This document shows, piece by piece, positions 26,901-35,615 of a stretch of DNA of 55,548 nucleotides. The translations under genes were made by a program, and so were the position numbers. The notes under the pieces are model-generated. The model ran no database searches, was not told where the DNA came from, and worked only from the letters and a program-made list of their open reading frames with translations. Each line of letters begins with the position of its first letter. Position 1 is the stretch's first letter. Where the stretch lies: the IMG/VR virus record IMGVR_UViG_3300032278_000008, positions 1-55,548 of that record. One strand, given 5' to 3'. The DNA comes from a virus. Lineage: Duplodnaviria; Caudoviricetes.

Positions 26901-27507
26901 CTTCTGAATTGTAAAGATAATCAGCAAAGCCAATCTCTCTCGTCATTGTTACATCAGCAATTAATTCGTTTGTTGCGTGAATAGAGTAACCAGAGTTGGC
27001 TGCACCAGAAGTATACTGGGCAAGATTTGCTAGTATATCTGCCAAGGCAGCGGCGATTAAAGCGTCTTGGGACGCAACGTGGCCAGAATAGTCAATCATT
27101 AATTGACTCAGTGTCGTGGTTACATTGGTCTCAAGCGTATTTGCGTGATTTGATAGAACATTACCAGAGTCGTTTGCCCAAGGGACAAAGACTGAATTGA
27201 CGAAGCCTTGAACTTCATCATTCATATATGTTTCCACGGCATTCATCGCCGTGTTAGTTCTTACAACAACTTCGTTTTTGAAGGTATTCTGTTGATTTTC
27301 TAAGGGAGCCGAGATATTGAGATTTAACCAGTCTTTAATTGAGGACGCCATAGCGTTCAATTTAGTCGGTATCATCACCGCTGGTGTGTTAGTATATATC
27401 TCTACTTCTTCGGTAAACGCCGAAACATCGATACTATCAAATGTAATATCTGGTATGTCATTGAACGGGTCAACCGCTGTAGTTATGCTTGATAGTGTGA
27501 CGGACAT
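23920..27507 (-). CDS. Large virion/fibre protein (1195 aa) with GxGY repeats, HxH module and cupredoxin-like domain
   Basis: Repeated V.....G.GY motifs typical of marine T4-like structural proteins; three HTH motifs; NAFVPSIISANVGDTVTFTNLD..AHTV. Confidence 0.75.
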   Translation of the reverse strand: MSVTLSSITTAVDPFNDIPDITFDSIDVSAFTEEVEIYTNTPAVMIPTKLNAMASSIKDWLNLNISAPLENQQNTFKNEVVVRTNTAMNAVETYMNDEVQGFVNSVFVPWANDSGNVLSNHANTLETNVTTTLSQLMIDYSGHVASQDALIAAALADILANLAQYTSGAANSGYSIHATNELIADVTMTREIGFADYLYNSEGNITFAEEGDNTTHHISYDASTGAIASFGETMQIEGEPRPFVQHLKLENEAVTGSTSVTKIKAYDMFKNTSGGGVHSFRGSGHEANGDPAVELTILNNTSVPDTDNPEIILRRGVDAAMMWGGIDVGDFVKITELDGTTLYNGGVSGQYAQHYDTILFKPNQSYCHDATSGVVGWGVPASLNASDVDSSGGLHDTPVKCEEYVDSAVTLLDDFSRSYEYNIAGESYDGALSDGLIYRVYINDDSGFIDSYAYTVDANGKQGTGAILNAVYDDGVSDVTITNGGTKWSKATAVRAFDLGAVDVAGSSETKATATHTLKDGMVNSVDVATAGSGYTGYWEVDVAAEIGGDGHTHTIQLTQTEVDIIMAGGQVTSTTVDAGHTHDQVVMWNEFNNSFIFTQTSGAHTHPLAVTTHTVNPLITLAFTTSTGGLADGYVKLTVTGEVENVVITEGGADYVPADTVAINGGSPTVAATATMDLASGGIAGFSVTGAGTGYTDTTAKTVAVDIQNNAFVPSIISANVGDTVTFTNLDIQAHTVTHADEMFDSGDIPQNATFTYVITKPTEITDKYDLYDDNDTTIKATLWVRDNTVYVDMISETGGGVRGLATVNSSNEVINIAVDRPGQGYVSGDSVRIVDVSGPGEGAYAYPVLNRSIGNVTINTAGAGYSSTTQIIAVDPTGTPVYDVDGVTEIDRIFGSGAILKPLLTTEAVAEYCSDTQYTDQVACEGASETWTPAVPMGMFTGVQVVNGGSNYHDINFVINDPANTGAGATLQVDLNNVITDIVLTSRGQSYDEPMINVSDVGGWVGTASKSVGGGFVGSVVLNNGIGAATIVEDWQDYVDGFTRVMVVDEHPEPTGYGAEGTVELGLNGNISEVTITNPGTAYKTPLVMVAGPVTLVGASINNVNTDLALYGPEGNDDASPFSANNTAGTNFKNGIMIQFENPNGHTLNDEWAFKTMSWTLGTPASLLYASNKYDGNLEDMRGIITLKDVWEA

Positions 27508-27541
27508 TTTATTTTATCTCCAAAAATTGTATTCTCTACTA

Positions 27542-27561
27542 TATTTATAATACTATTTATA
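27542..27561 (-). promoter_or_regulatory. Two tandem T4-type late promoter motifs
   Basis: TATAAATA at 27542-27549 and 27554-27561. Confidence 0.7.
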
Positions 27562-27576
27562 TATTAGTATCAGTTA

Positions 27577-30500
27577 TTATGGTATTACCACAGCATTTAG
27601 TTCTCTGAATGTGGTTCCATCTAGATTTTCAACAATTACGTCATAGTTACCAGTCGTGGTAATATCAGTAAATGTCAGATTATTAACATCGACAAACGTA
27701 ACAGTCTGTGGCCAAGAGCCGGCGGCTGGGTCATTTGTCACTTCTAGGGTGACCGTGGTATCAGCGTCTATAAAGTTCGCTCCAGTCACTCCAAATGTAG
27801 TATCTCCATTGTCAGTTACCGTGATAATTCTCAAAAAGTCTCGTACATTGATGGTTGTTCCTAGAGTTGCTGAATCTCCATCAACATTCATAATTATCAT
27901 TTCTTGGTCACCAAGAGGTGTACCAGAACCAACAGTAAAGTTGACTTGTGTCGGCAGATTCAGAGCGACAGTTGATTGAAGAACTCCGCCTAATGTTATA
28001 GTCCAATCTGGGTCAATACCATCTCCGTTCACGATAATTACATCGCCAGGCATCGCGGCAACTATTGTTGGGTCCCAAGTTCCTCTTGGGGCTTCACAAG
28101 TCACTTGCGTAGTGAAGTTATCATCAGTACAAGATTCAAATACTTCAGGAGTCCAAACGGCACGCGGTGCTTCACAAGTAATTGCTGTCGTGAATGCTAC
28201 GTCAGTACAAGTTCCTGCAGTCCAAGTATTACCAGCAGGTGTCCAAGTTCCACCTACACCAGAACAACCCCCTTGACTATTATTAAATGCTGGGTCAGAA
28301 CAAACGCCTGCGCCTTCGCACTCTGATTGATTACCCCAGTAAGTGTCAGAACAAGAACCGTATGTCCAAACTCCGTTTGGTTCAGTACAATCAACTATAT
28401 TAGTATAAATTCCGTCAGAACAAAATGCAGGAACTGTATCAGTCCAAACACCGTTATCTGCTTCACAATCAACTATATTATAGTATGCTGGGTTAGAACA
28501 AGATGGTGCAATTTGGTCAACGGCTCTTGTACCAAACTCGATACTAATACCAGATAGTGAAACTGGCGGATTCAAGATTTCGTTAGAACGCTTATTAATA
28601 TCATAGTAATCTTCAATGACAGATTCGCCGAACGATTCCATTGTACGCATTCCTGCGATTGGTTGTCCTGTGTAATCTGCATTCTCCATATCTAAATGAT
28701 TAGTTTTCCATCTTTCTTCTCCCCCGATAGGAACACCAAACACATTCAATGAACGTGCTAAGAGTAGATACTCATCGGAAGAAAGATTAGGAACAGTCTT
28801 AGTTGAAATATTATCCCAATATGTAAATCCATTTCCAGTAGTTGAAAGAGTTAAGTAAGCAACTCCCGTAACAGGTGCAGTAAAGATAAAGTCTTTATCT
28901 CCATCTGTATCGTTTTCAGCAATAATCATACTTCCGTATGTATCAGTATCAGGTGCAGGTCCAATCTTAATTACAGAATCAGTAGGTCTATCAATGCTGA
29001 AAGACACTTTATAATTCATTTCATTGGCAACTTCAAAATTGATATGTGCAATACCTCTTGCTGAACTGCCAACTCCTGCTGTATAAATTTGTTCTGTGGT
29101 TTGGTCAACATACGCTTCAGCACCTTGCTGAGGAGCAAATGTCCAACTCTCTTCGATTTCTCTAACAGAAACATCATCAATAGAACCTTCCCAACCAGTA
29201 TTAGTATAGTAAGGATTATTCTCTTCAGGTCGATTATTATCAACATCTGCAATGAATCGAATCTTATCATCATAAGAGCCCGCTCTTACGTGATGTATTA
29301 CTTCTCCACTCGGAACAAGTCCAGTAGTATTATAGTCAAGTATCGGAATCTCTTCTTCGTATAATTTAATAAAGTTAATAACACCAGTACCGTTCATTCG
29401 TAATACTAAATCAGTAGTGGCTTCACCTATAATATCAAGATGATGAATACCAGATGCGTTAACTGTAGTCTTAACTATTCCATCCATCATTACATCAATT
29501 GTCGGAGAATTCGCAACAGTTGAAGTCAAGACTATATCTTCGTGTCCTTCTGGAATAGTTTGACTAACTAAAATCCAAGCAAGTGGTGTCCAAGAAAGAG
29601 TAAATTCGTGAGTATATGTCTCAGCGTGATAAGAATCAGTTTGTGGGAATGACCTAGTATTGGCTTCATCCGACATCAAATAATCTGCATCTGATTGTGA
29701 TATCTGGAATGTATGTGAGTGAGTTCCACTTGGTCCAGGACCAACAGTGAAAGTCAAAATATTTTCATCTACGACAACACAATCTATTGTGGCTTCATAT
29801 CTCTTATTCTTAACAAGAGCATTTGCAAATGTATATGTCGCAAGTCCGTTAACAGAAGAACTGAAAGTCATTGCTTCGTTATCAAGTACAATATCAACAC
29901 CAGAAACTACCCAATTGACTAGAACTGGGTCAACAATATCAAAGTTCCAGTTGGTAATTAGATTTTCAGGATTAGAACCAAGATTAACTCTTAGTCGACC
30001 TGTCATTCCATTATCATTCGGGTCGAGGTCTGACAAGTTGTATTTGACTTCGTATAATTTTCCGGCCTCAAAAGCAACAGTCTGATTAACTTCAGTCTGT
30101 GTCGAAATAGAACCATCAATGTGGGCTGCGCCGTTAAGGGCACTCCAGCCTTCACCCATATACCAAGCATTCTGACCAGTTACTCGTTCTCTAATTGAAA
30201 CATTATCAACTTTACCTTGTCCTACGCTAGTTAATCTGAATAATGTAGAATTAACAGGAGCGACAACAGTCTCAGAGTAATGACCGGTTACAGTATTTGG
30301 TGTGCCTTCAACAACTGTATCACCAATTATGGAAGACTTGACTGTACCATTCGGAGCACCAAATTCGTCTTTGAAATCTTCTATGATATCGTATTGAATT
30401 TCATAAGTAATACCATCTAGAACTGTGCCAGTAACAATTTGTTCAATATGACCAGCAGTAGTATCATTCGTATATGCTGTGCCACCTAGAACCTGCCAAG

Positions 30501-33500
30501 AGCCTGTTTCTGTCCAGACAACTTCTTTGAAGTCAACATTATCAAGTTGAATATCTGACCGTTGATTAATGTCTACCCACATATAAACTTTAGCAGTAGC
30601 AATTGGATTATTATTTGTAACGAGGAATTGTTCTGAGGCAACACCTGGAATCATTTGTAATGAGTCGATATATGTTACAGTACCAAGTTCAATATTCATT
30701 GCAGTGATGCTTGGGATGTACCCAGGCCCAGTTGCAGTTACTAGATTGCCTGTCTGGAATATATGTGCTTGAGTTCCCGCTACTGGGAATGCGAATTCTG
30801 GTTCTGGCTGTACTTGGAAGTAATCAGGTCCAGTTCCGTTATCTACAACAATCTTATCTAAGATGTGTAGAGGCGTGTACATATTATCTTGACCGTGATG
30901 ATAATAAACGTGTATATCTTCACCAGCATTAACTGTTGGTATATCAACAATATTGAATGTTCCAACCATCGAGGCGTGCCACGCACATTGATAATACAAT
31001 GTATCTGGTGCTACTGAAGGAACAGTGAATTCCATTATTTCGTATTTTGCAACACCGGCTCCATCATCGCCAAACATTGATGAGCCAGCGAATGTTTGGT
31101 CTCCTGCACCTTCTTCTGCCCTTGAGCCAGTTACACCTAATAGATACTCACCAAAGTAAGCCCCCGGAGTAAAGTGACTTCCGTCATCAGTAGTTACATA
31201 GAATGGATGCCCAGCGGCATTAACTCTAAATCGATATGTACCACCTCGGTATAGATTGATTGTTCTATTTGTACCTTCAATCATACCTTCTTTGTCAAAT
31301 TTGTAAAGCCCTTGGTCATCAGTAACAGCATAATATCCGTTGACTGCACCTGGGGCTACGAACGGGCCGAAGCCAGATGTTCCATCTGCACCGGTTAGAC
31401 CGAAATCTTCTGGGATTTTCCAAACAAATTCTTTAGAGAAGTTACCAATCCATTGTGATGCTCTCCATTGAGCAAGCCCAACGGCTTCTGTTGGATTCAG
31501 TGCTTGACAAGTTGCGTAGTCATCAATGCCGTTGTAATACCAGCCGTCTACGTCTAACTCTTCACACCAGCCTGGAAGATTCATACATTCTGGGAATGGT
31601 TCGTTTGATACCCAAGTTCCTGGTTGTTCGTCAGTATCAACGAAATCGTTGTGAGTGCCAGAAGTAATAGTAAGACCGTGACTTGCATTTTTACTGATAC
31701 AATGTAGGCCTGCGTTCGGGTCTCCTAAACCTCTTGTCATACCCGCTTGAACTAAGTTGTCCCAACCGGCGCCTGGTATTGCTTTAATACCAGCGGCGTG
31801 TAAGTACATTGATGTAGGTGCACCCGTGAACGGGTCTAACATCACATTATAACCAGTATGATGCCAAGCATTATTCAAGAAAGTATAAGTACCCCCTCTG
31901 AATAAGTCGAATCCACCGTTGATGCCGTCATTACCACCAAAACTCGCGGCGTCTGCTTCATCTCTCTGATAAGGATAATAAGATATGTCACTCTGGTCCC
32001 ACCAAGTCCAGAACCAAGGCGAATCTTGTGCGCCTTCGACTGTCGTTGCGTTCGGGTCATTAAAGGTTAGTGACGTTTGTGTGTCTACTGTAATATGTAA
32101 GTTATCGGTTGGCCCGTAGCCATCTCCAAGAGCAACAACTGTGTGGTCTCTATATTCGCCAGGCAATTCTGTCGGCGTATATGGTTGTGGTCCTGAGGGT
32201 AACTGAACAATATCACCAACTTGTAATCCGTGAACATCTGATTTAACAGTTCTTGGGCGTGACCATAGAATTTCTAATGGCATATTCGAGGCTGTATCGC
32301 CAACGTGATTTGTTAAGTCTCTTTCGACTTCAAATCTATAAGAGGCTAAATCTGCAACAACTTCGTATGATTCGATAACATTGAATATTGTTGGAGTAGT
32401 TCCAGGAGCATTCTCTAGAGGATAAATAACTGTTTCTGTGAGTACAAAGTGGTCCCAATCAATAACGAAATCTACATAATAGTTCGTATTACCGTGATGG
32501 ATGCCATTGTAGACATTTTGATAATGTATTTTATCGCCTGCTTTGACTCCGTGAGAATCACATTCAATACCACGTTCTTTCTTCACATAGCCTACTATAT
32601 CTGTGAACGGGTCTACAATAGTTGTGGGATTGTTATCATCGCCACCTAATGCAAAGTTATATTGACCTACTGTGAATTGACTTGAACCTGGATACCAGAC
32701 TCTATCAAAATCGTGAATATGGAAGTCGATTGATATAATTAAATATTCATCATTTGCTGGGTCAAGACAACCAAACTCTACAGTATGAAAATGCTGAGGG
32801 TCTGAAGTACCATAATCAGAAGTACCGATTAGTGTGGTACCACCCGTAGCACTCCACGTTCCGTCTGGGTCTTGTGTTACTCCAGTTAATGGACTTGCTT
32901 TAAGTGTTGCTTCGTCTGTCTGGTCAATTAAAATTTCGTGATAGTGACCAAAGTTAGTTAATTCAATCTTTGTCCCGCCACTAATAACGTAGTAGTTCTC
33001 CATACCGTGAGTATGTGAACCTGTCATACCTACTACATACATTGCGCCAGCACCATTGTTCAGTGCAGGGTCCCAATCGTATGTAACAGAGTGGGCGTGT
33101 GGCGCATTTTCGCCAGAGCCGTCACCATCAGTTGAACTCATAACAACTGTAGGTGCACCAGTTTGAATTGCCGCGTATTGGGCAACTGTCAATTCAGCAG
33201 TGTGAATATGACCGATGACATTAACGTCATCAAAGAATACGTCTACACGGGCATCGCCCTTTTGTACAGCAGTAACAATATACTCTTCCCATCTACGTTC
33301 ACCTTGTGCAACTGTGCCATCGCCTGAGCCATAACCAGTACCACCTTGGAGAAGTGTTAGTGCAGTAATACTACCTGTAATTTCTCCAGTCACTAGACCA
33401 GTAACAACTGGACTACCACCTTGAAGTGTGACAGCGGGCGGGCCATTATATTCAGAACCAGCATTTGTAATTGTAAGTGTGTCAATTGCTCCACCAACCG

Positions 33501-35169
33501 TGATAGTAGCGGTCGCTTCGGCTTGTACACCAGTGCCTGTTGCAGGTGCAGAAATTACTACAGTAGGTGCAGTTTGATATCCGCTACCTATGTCAGTAAC
33601 AGTTAGTGTTTCAAGCGAGCCGTCAAAAGTTACTTCGCCGACAGCACCTGCGCCATCTCCGCCAGTGATGTACATCGTAGGTACAGCACGGTATCCAGAA
33701 CCACCAGTTAATAGTGTTAGTGCCGTTACAACGCCACCGACAACTGAAACGTCCGCTGTTGCGTCAACTGTATTTGCATCATCGCCGCCTTGGAATACAA
33801 CATCAACTGGTACTGAAGCATTTGGGTCAGTTTCAACTTCGCCTGACTGAAATGCTACTAAGTCTGCAAGACTCAGGTCGTGATAAAGTGATTCAACTAC
33901 ATTCTGATTACCTGCTCCACCAAGTGAAGTACAAGGTTGGGGCATTGTCAGATTAATGTGATATGAATTACTTAATGAGGGTAAGGCAACTTGTGCGCCA
34001 TAGTTAATTGGAATCTTAACTGTATCGCCAGGATTCAAACTATGGTCAATAGAATAAACGTATCTATGATTCGTTGTCGTTGTCATTCGACCTTCTTCAA
34101 GAGGGTGGAATGTACAGTGGAAATATAGGTCGTGATAACCGTCTACAACCCAACTCCAATCTTCGCCAGGTGATAAGTCAGGAGAAGCAAAAGAAATATT
34201 GTCATCTGAAACTGCATTATGCACCAATATAGAAGTTGAGGGATTCGTGAAAATAATTGTATCGCCTTCTCGTGCTTCTAAATGATAAGGCACAAGGTCG
34301 TGATTCTGTGTAGTCGGGTCGTTGATTGCACCGCCATCCCAATGCTGTCCTGCACTTGTACAAGCAATTTCCATTGCGGCAAGTGATGTTAAATATTCAG
34401 GTGTAACTATTGTCCAAGTTTCTCCAACGCCTTCACAAGTCGCTTGGTCAGTGATTGAAGGATTATTAGAACAACTGCTACAAGTAGGACGAATAAGAAG
34501 TGCATCTTCAATTACTGAAACAATAAATGTTCGTGGGTCCGGACCACCACCAACTTCTGAGAAGTTTATTGGGTCAGGAAGAACCATATCAACCATATTA
34601 ACAGCACCATTTGTTAGGTCCCAGTTAACATCGTTAACAGTAAGGTCATATGAAAATTTGTATTGAGTGTTTGGTTTTAATTCTGTCTCGAACCAAGTAA
34701 GAGCAACCTGTAAACCATCAGTATATGCTTCAACAATCTGAGTACCTTCAGTAAACAATCTGTCGAATTGATATGCAATACCGTTAGCCCAAGGTCGTGC
34801 CAAATCAACGGGAACATTAAAGCCACTATTCTTGAGTAATTCTGTCTCAAACGCATCAGCGGCAAAAGATGAATTAGCAACAAGATTTGCAGATTCGTAT
34901 GTTATGTCAAGCCCACCATTAGGTACTAACTCTGTCGGAGATACAAATTCTGACGAGCGTAATGCCACATTAATAAGAAAATCCTTATATTCTGGAAGAT
35001 GCTCTAAATTCTCCATTACCTCTAGAGACTTCAGCATCAATGCTAAGTCTTTAACTAGAAGGTCGGGTGAATCTAGTTTAATGTTCAAAGAGTCTAGAAA
35101 TGACCCTTTCTGTTGCTCTATTGTATTTAACTCGACTAAAGAGAATTTGTGACCTGTATAGTGTGCCAT
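27577..35169 (-). CDS. Giant multidomain virion/fibre protein (2530 aa)
   Basis: Cupredoxin-like domains, GSGY repeats, HxH modules, CBM-like beta domains (ELLKNSGF, NLITNWNFD), Cys/Trp repeats and C-terminal IPT/TIG-like domains. Confidence 0.75.
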   Translation of the reverse strand: MAHYTGHKFSLVELNTIEQQKGSFLDSLNIKLDSPDLLVKDLALMLKSLEVMENLEHLPEYKDFLINVALRSSEFVSPTELVPNGGLDITYESANLVANSSFAADAFETELLKNSGFNVPVDLARPWANGIAYQFDRLFTEGTQIVEAYTDGLQVALTWFETELKPNTQYKFSYDLTVNDVNWDLTNGAVNMVDMVLPDPINFSEVGGGPDPRTFIVSVIEDALLIRPTCSSCSNNPSITDQATCEGVGETWTIVTPEYLTSLAAMEIACTSAGQHWDGGAINDPTTQNHDLVPYHLEAREGDTIIFTNPSTSILVHNAVSDDNISFASPDLSPGEDWSWVVDGYHDLYFHCTFHPLEEGRMTTTTNHRYVYSIDHSLNPGDTVKIPINYGAQVALPSLSNSYHINLTMPQPCTSLGGAGNQNVVESLYHDLSLADLVAFQSGEVETDPNASVPVDVVFQGGDDANTVDATADVSVVGGVVTALTLLTGGSGYRAVPTMYITGGDGAGAVGEVTFDGSLETLTVTDIGSGYQTAPTVVISAPATGTGVQAEATATITVGGAIDTLTITNAGSEYNGPPAVTLQGGSPVVTGLVTGEITGSITALTLLQGGTGYGSGDGTVAQGERRWEEYIVTAVQKGDARVDVFFDDVNVIGHIHTAELTVAQYAAIQTGAPTVVMSSTDGDGSGENAPHAHSVTYDWDPALNNGAGAMYVVGMTGSHTHGMENYYVISGGTKIELTNFGHYHEILIDQTDEATLKASPLTGVTQDPDGTWSATGGTTLIGTSDYGTSDPQHFHTVEFGCLDPANDEYLIISIDFHIHDFDRVWYPGSSQFTVGQYNFALGGDDNNPTTIVDPFTDIVGYVKKERGIECDSHGVKAGDKIHYQNVYNGIHHGNTNYYVDFVIDWDHFVLTETVIYPLENAPGTTPTIFNVIESYEVVADLASYRFEVERDLTNHVGDTASNMPLEILWSRPRTVKSDVHGLQVGDIVQLPSGPQPYTPTELPGEYRDHTVVALGDGYGPTDNLHITVDTQTSLTFNDPNATTVEGAQDSPWFWTWWDQSDISYYPYQRDEADAASFGGNDGINGGFDLFRGGTYTFLNNAWHHTGYNVMLDPFTGAPTSMYLHAAGIKAIPGAGWDNLVQAGMTRGLGDPNAGLHCISKNASHGLTITSGTHNDFVDTDEQPGTWVSNEPFPECMNLPGWCEELDVDGWYYNGIDDYATCQALNPTEAVGLAQWRASQWIGNFSKEFVWKIPEDFGLTGADGTSGFGPFVAPGAVNGYYAVTDDQGLYKFDKEGMIEGTNRTINLYRGGTYRFRVNAAGHPFYVTTDDGSHFTPGAYFGEYLLGVTGSRAEEGAGDQTFAGSSMFGDDGAGVAKYEIMEFTVPSVAPDTLYYQCAWHASMVGTFNIVDIPTVNAGEDIHVYYHHGQDNMYTPLHILDKIVVDNGTGPDYFQVQPEPEFAFPVAGTQAHIFQTGNLVTATGPGYIPSITAMNIELGTVTYIDSLQMIPGVASEQFLVTNNNPIATAKVYMWVDINQRSDIQLDNVDFKEVVWTETGSWQVLGGTAYTNDTTAGHIEQIVTGTVLDGITYEIQYDIIEDFKDEFGAPNGTVKSSIIGDTVVEGTPNTVTGHYSETVVAPVNSTLFRLTSVGQGKVDNVSIRERVTGQNAWYMGEGWSALNGAAHIDGSISTQTEVNQTVAFEAGKLYEVKYNLSDLDPNDNGMTGRLRVNLGSNPENLITNWNFDIVDPVLVNWVVSGVDIVLDNEAMTFSSSVNGLATYTFANALVKNKRYEATIDCVVVDENILTFTVGPGPSGTHSHTFQISQSDADYLMSDEANTRSFPQTDSYHAETYTHEFTLSWTPLAWILVSQTIPEGHEDIVLTSTVANSPTIDVMMDGIVKTTVNASGIHHLDIIGEATTDLVLRMNGTGVINFIKLYEEEIPILDYNTTGLVPSGEVIHHVRAGSYDDKIRFIADVDNNRPEENNPYYTNTGWEGSIDDVSVREIEESWTFAPQQGAEAYVDQTTEQIYTAGVGSSARGIAHINFEVANEMNYKVSFSIDRPTDSVIKIGPAPDTDTYGSMIIAENDTDGDKDFIFTAPVTGVAYLTLSTTGNGFTYWDNISTKTVPNLSSDEYLLLARSLNVFGVPIGGEERWKTNHLDMENADYTGQPIAGMRTMESFGESVIEDYYDINKRSNEILNPPVSLSGISIEFGTRAVDQIAPSCSNPAYYNIVDCEADNGVWTDTVPAFCSDGIYTNIVDCTEPNGVWTYGSCSDTYWGNQSECEGAGVCSDPAFNNSQGGCSGVGGTWTPAGNTWTAGTCTDVAFTTAITCEAPRAVWTPEVFESCTDDNFTTQVTCEAPRGTWDPTIVAAMPGDVIIVNGDGIDPDWTITLGGVLQSTVALNLPTQVNFTVGSGTPLGDQEMIIMNVDGDSATLGTTINVRDFLRIITVTDNGDTTFGVTGANFIDADTTVTLEVTNDPAAGSWPQTVTFVDVNNLTFTDITTTGNYDVIVENLDGTTFRELNAVVIP
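28075..28500 (-). repeat. Tandem Cys/Trp peptide repeats (C-S/T-D/N-x~8-C-x~6-W)
   Basis: CSNPAYYNIVDCEADNGVW, CSDGIYTNIVDCTEPNGVW, CSDPAFNNSQGGCSGVGGTW, CTDVAFTTAITCEAPRAVW, CTDDNFTTQVTCEAPRGTW; coordinates approximate. Confidence 0.85.
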
Positions 35170-35186
35170 TTATTGATATCCTATTA

Positions 35187-35387
35187 TTATTCGGAGGCTA
35201 ATTCGCCCTCATAATTCAATTGCATAGAAGTGGTAACGTAAGGGTCACTAACTCCCAACATCGCAAATTCCTGCATCCTGACGAAATTATTCTGCTGTTG
35301 AATCATTTGGTTAGTACGCTCACGCCACGTCTTAAAGGTCTCATCCTTTCTTACGAACGGTATTTCTGTTGTTCCTACGCTTGCCAT
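35187..35387 (-). CDS. Small hypothetical virion protein
   Basis: 66 aa; DETFKTWRERTNQM resembles N-terminal motifs of T4-like fibre proteins. Confidence 0.65.
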   Translation of the reverse strand: MASVGTTEIPFVRKDETFKTWRERTNQMIQQQNNFVRMQEFAMLGVSDPYVTTSMQLNYEGELASE

Positions 35388-35392
35388 CAGTC

Positions 35393-35605
35393 TTATTTCC
35401 CAGATTCAACTAAATCGTAGACGATTTGCTTTAAACCTTTTATTTCATTCTTCATACTATTTATAACTCTTCGTGAATCCTTCACGACTGCCTTATCAAT
35501 TTTCTGCTTTTCAATTAGTTTTTTGCGTTTGGCATACTCATTTGCATCGTGAAAAACCACTGCACCAGTATAGATATCTTTCGTATAATTTGGTTCTTTG
35601 GCCAT
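35393..35605 (-). CDS. Small coiled-coil protein following the DUF4815-type gene
   Basis: KDIYTGAVV...EY...INSMKNEIKGLKQIV; AGGAGA RBS. Confidence 0.7.
   Translation of the reverse strand: MAKEPNYTKDIYTGAVVFHDANEYAKRKKLIEKQKIDKAVVKDSRRVINSMKNEIKGLKQIVYDLVESGK
35458..35465 (-). promoter_or_regulatory. Possible intragenic late promoter TATAAATA
   Basis: Exact consensus about 70 nt upstream of the 66-aa gene and the 2530-aa gene behind it. Confidence 0.45.
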
Positions 35606-35615
35606 TGTATATCTC

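Noticed and set aside
21182-31270. c-type heme CxxCH motifs (one CYNCH in the 324-aa protein)
   Set aside because: A single occurrence in a protein with about 22 Cys is expected by chance, the paralog has CYTCC there, and there is no export signal
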